From: Desulfobulbus propionicus
Lineage (GTDB): Bacteria > Desulfobacterota > Dissulfuribacteria > Dissulfuribacterales > DYLC01
Direction of reading: 5' to 3'
Assembly: GCA_020722285.1 (NCBI GenBank)
Contig: DYLC01000001.1
Location: forward strand, 21,984 to 53,983
Length of the DNA: 32,000 nt
Below the pieces are notes generated by a model. The model was not told where the DNA came from and did no database searches. It saw only the letters and a list, made by a program, of their open reading frames with translations. The translations under genes and the position numbers were made by a program. Below are positions 31,291 to 32,000 of this stretch, piece after piece. Each line of letters starts with the position of its first letter. The first letter of the stretch is position 1.

Positions 31291-32000
31291 ATGGGTGGAA
31301 ATACCTTTGGAAAATTTTTTTCAGTGACAACATGGGGTGAATCTCACGGTCCTGCTCTTGGAGTGGTTGTTGATGGGTTTCCTCCAGGTCTTCCTTTGTC
31401 AGAAGAAGTCATACAGGTTGAGCTGGATAAAAGAAGGCCTGGCGCCGGAGGTATATCCTCAACTCCAAGAAAGGAGTCTGACAGGGTGGAACTGCTTTCT
31501 GGTGTGTTTGAAGGGGTTACAACTGGCACAAGCATAAGTATGTTGGTCAGAAATCAGGATGCCAAGAGCTCATCCTATGAACACCTGAAAGAGATATTTC
31601 GTCCTGGTCATGGCGATTTTACCTATTGGAAAAAGTATGGGATACGGGATCACAGAGGTGGAGGTCGCTCTTCAGGAAGAGAAACAGTTGCAAGGGTTGC
31701 TGCAGGGGCTGTTGCAAAGGTATTGCTTGATAAACATAATGTAGATGTTATAGCTTATACTTATTGCTATGGCGGTGTCTGTGTGAAACAGGTGGATTTG
31801 AACCATATCAATATCAATCCATTTTTTACACCAGATTTAGAATTGGTTGAAACCTTTGAGGGTCTTGCTAAGCAAGCAAGGGCTGAAGGAGACTCCCTTG
31901 GAGGTGTTGTAGAAATAATAGTAAAAGGAGCGCCTGCAGGACTTGGTGAGCCTGTTTTTGACAAACTGGATGCGGATTTGGCCAAGGCGCTTATGTCTAT
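31291..32000 (+). CDS. aroC: Chorismate synthase, N-terminal ~236 aa (runs off the window)
   Basis: Absent from the ORF track because it is open at the edge. The ATG immediately follows the gyrB TAA. Translation gives MGGNTFGKFFSVTTWGESHGPALGVVVDGFPPGL...KRRPG...SGVFEGVTTGTSISM...RPGHGDFTYWKKYG...GGGRSSGRETVARVAAGA...GDSLGGVVE, with no stop through position 32000. Confidence 0.93.
   Translation, partial: MGGNTFGKFFSVTTWGESHGPALGVVVDGFPPGLPLSEEVIQVELDKRRPGAGGISSTPRKESDRVELLSGVFEGVTTGTSISMLVRNQDAKSSSYEHLKEIFRPGHGDFTYWKKYGIRDHRGGGRSSGRETVARVAAGAVAKVLLDKHNVDVIAYTYCYGGVCVKQVDLNHININPFFTPDLELVETFEGLAKQARAEGDSLGGVVEIIVKGAPAGLGEPVFDKLDADLAKALMS

Noticed and set aside
31337-31985. ORF-track entries 31337-31537 (+), 31344-31535 (-) and 31767-31985 (-)
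   Set aside because: They are off-frame or antisense within the clearly recognisable chorismate synthase reading frame that starts at 31291.

Overview
Chromosomal, mostly housekeeping window. Gene content suggests an anaerobic sulfur-cycling bacterium of Desulfobacterota/deltaproteobacterial type, but the taxon cannot be verified here. No CRISPR array, transposase, integrase or recognisable defence genes were seen. Minus strand, left to right: a partial M48/TPR protease that is missing from the ORF track because it runs off the edge; a decayed radical-SAM paralog; a Re-citrate-synthase-like DRE-TIM enzyme fused to a Cache-like sensor domain; then yedF, a TIGR03960+DUF2344 radical SAM fusion, recR, ybaB and dnaX, preceded by SRP RNA, tRNA-Ser(GGA) and tRNA-Arg(ACG). 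Next comes a five-gene sulfur-trafficking cluster (yeeE/yedE-like, tusA, a DsrE-like gene and two small ORFs) matching the poorly understood YTD cluster. I read the two small ORFs as DsrF/TusC-like and DsrH/TusB-like. Plus strand: a double-length secreted M16 peptidase, a 5'-truncated clpX remnant, a phosphorylation-incompetent receiver domain, hemB, an FKBP/SlyD-like gene, tilS, ftsH, folP, cdaA, cdaR and glmM. These are followed by a convergent HAD hydrolase and a MidA-like methyltransferase, then dnaN, gyrB and a partial aroC (also missing from the ORF track). The most interesting items are the YTD/DsrEFH-like cluster, the radical SAM-DUF2344/yedF coupling, the enzyme-Cache fusion, two gene remnants, and a marked drop in GC content across the essential-gene block at about 18.7-31.3 kb.
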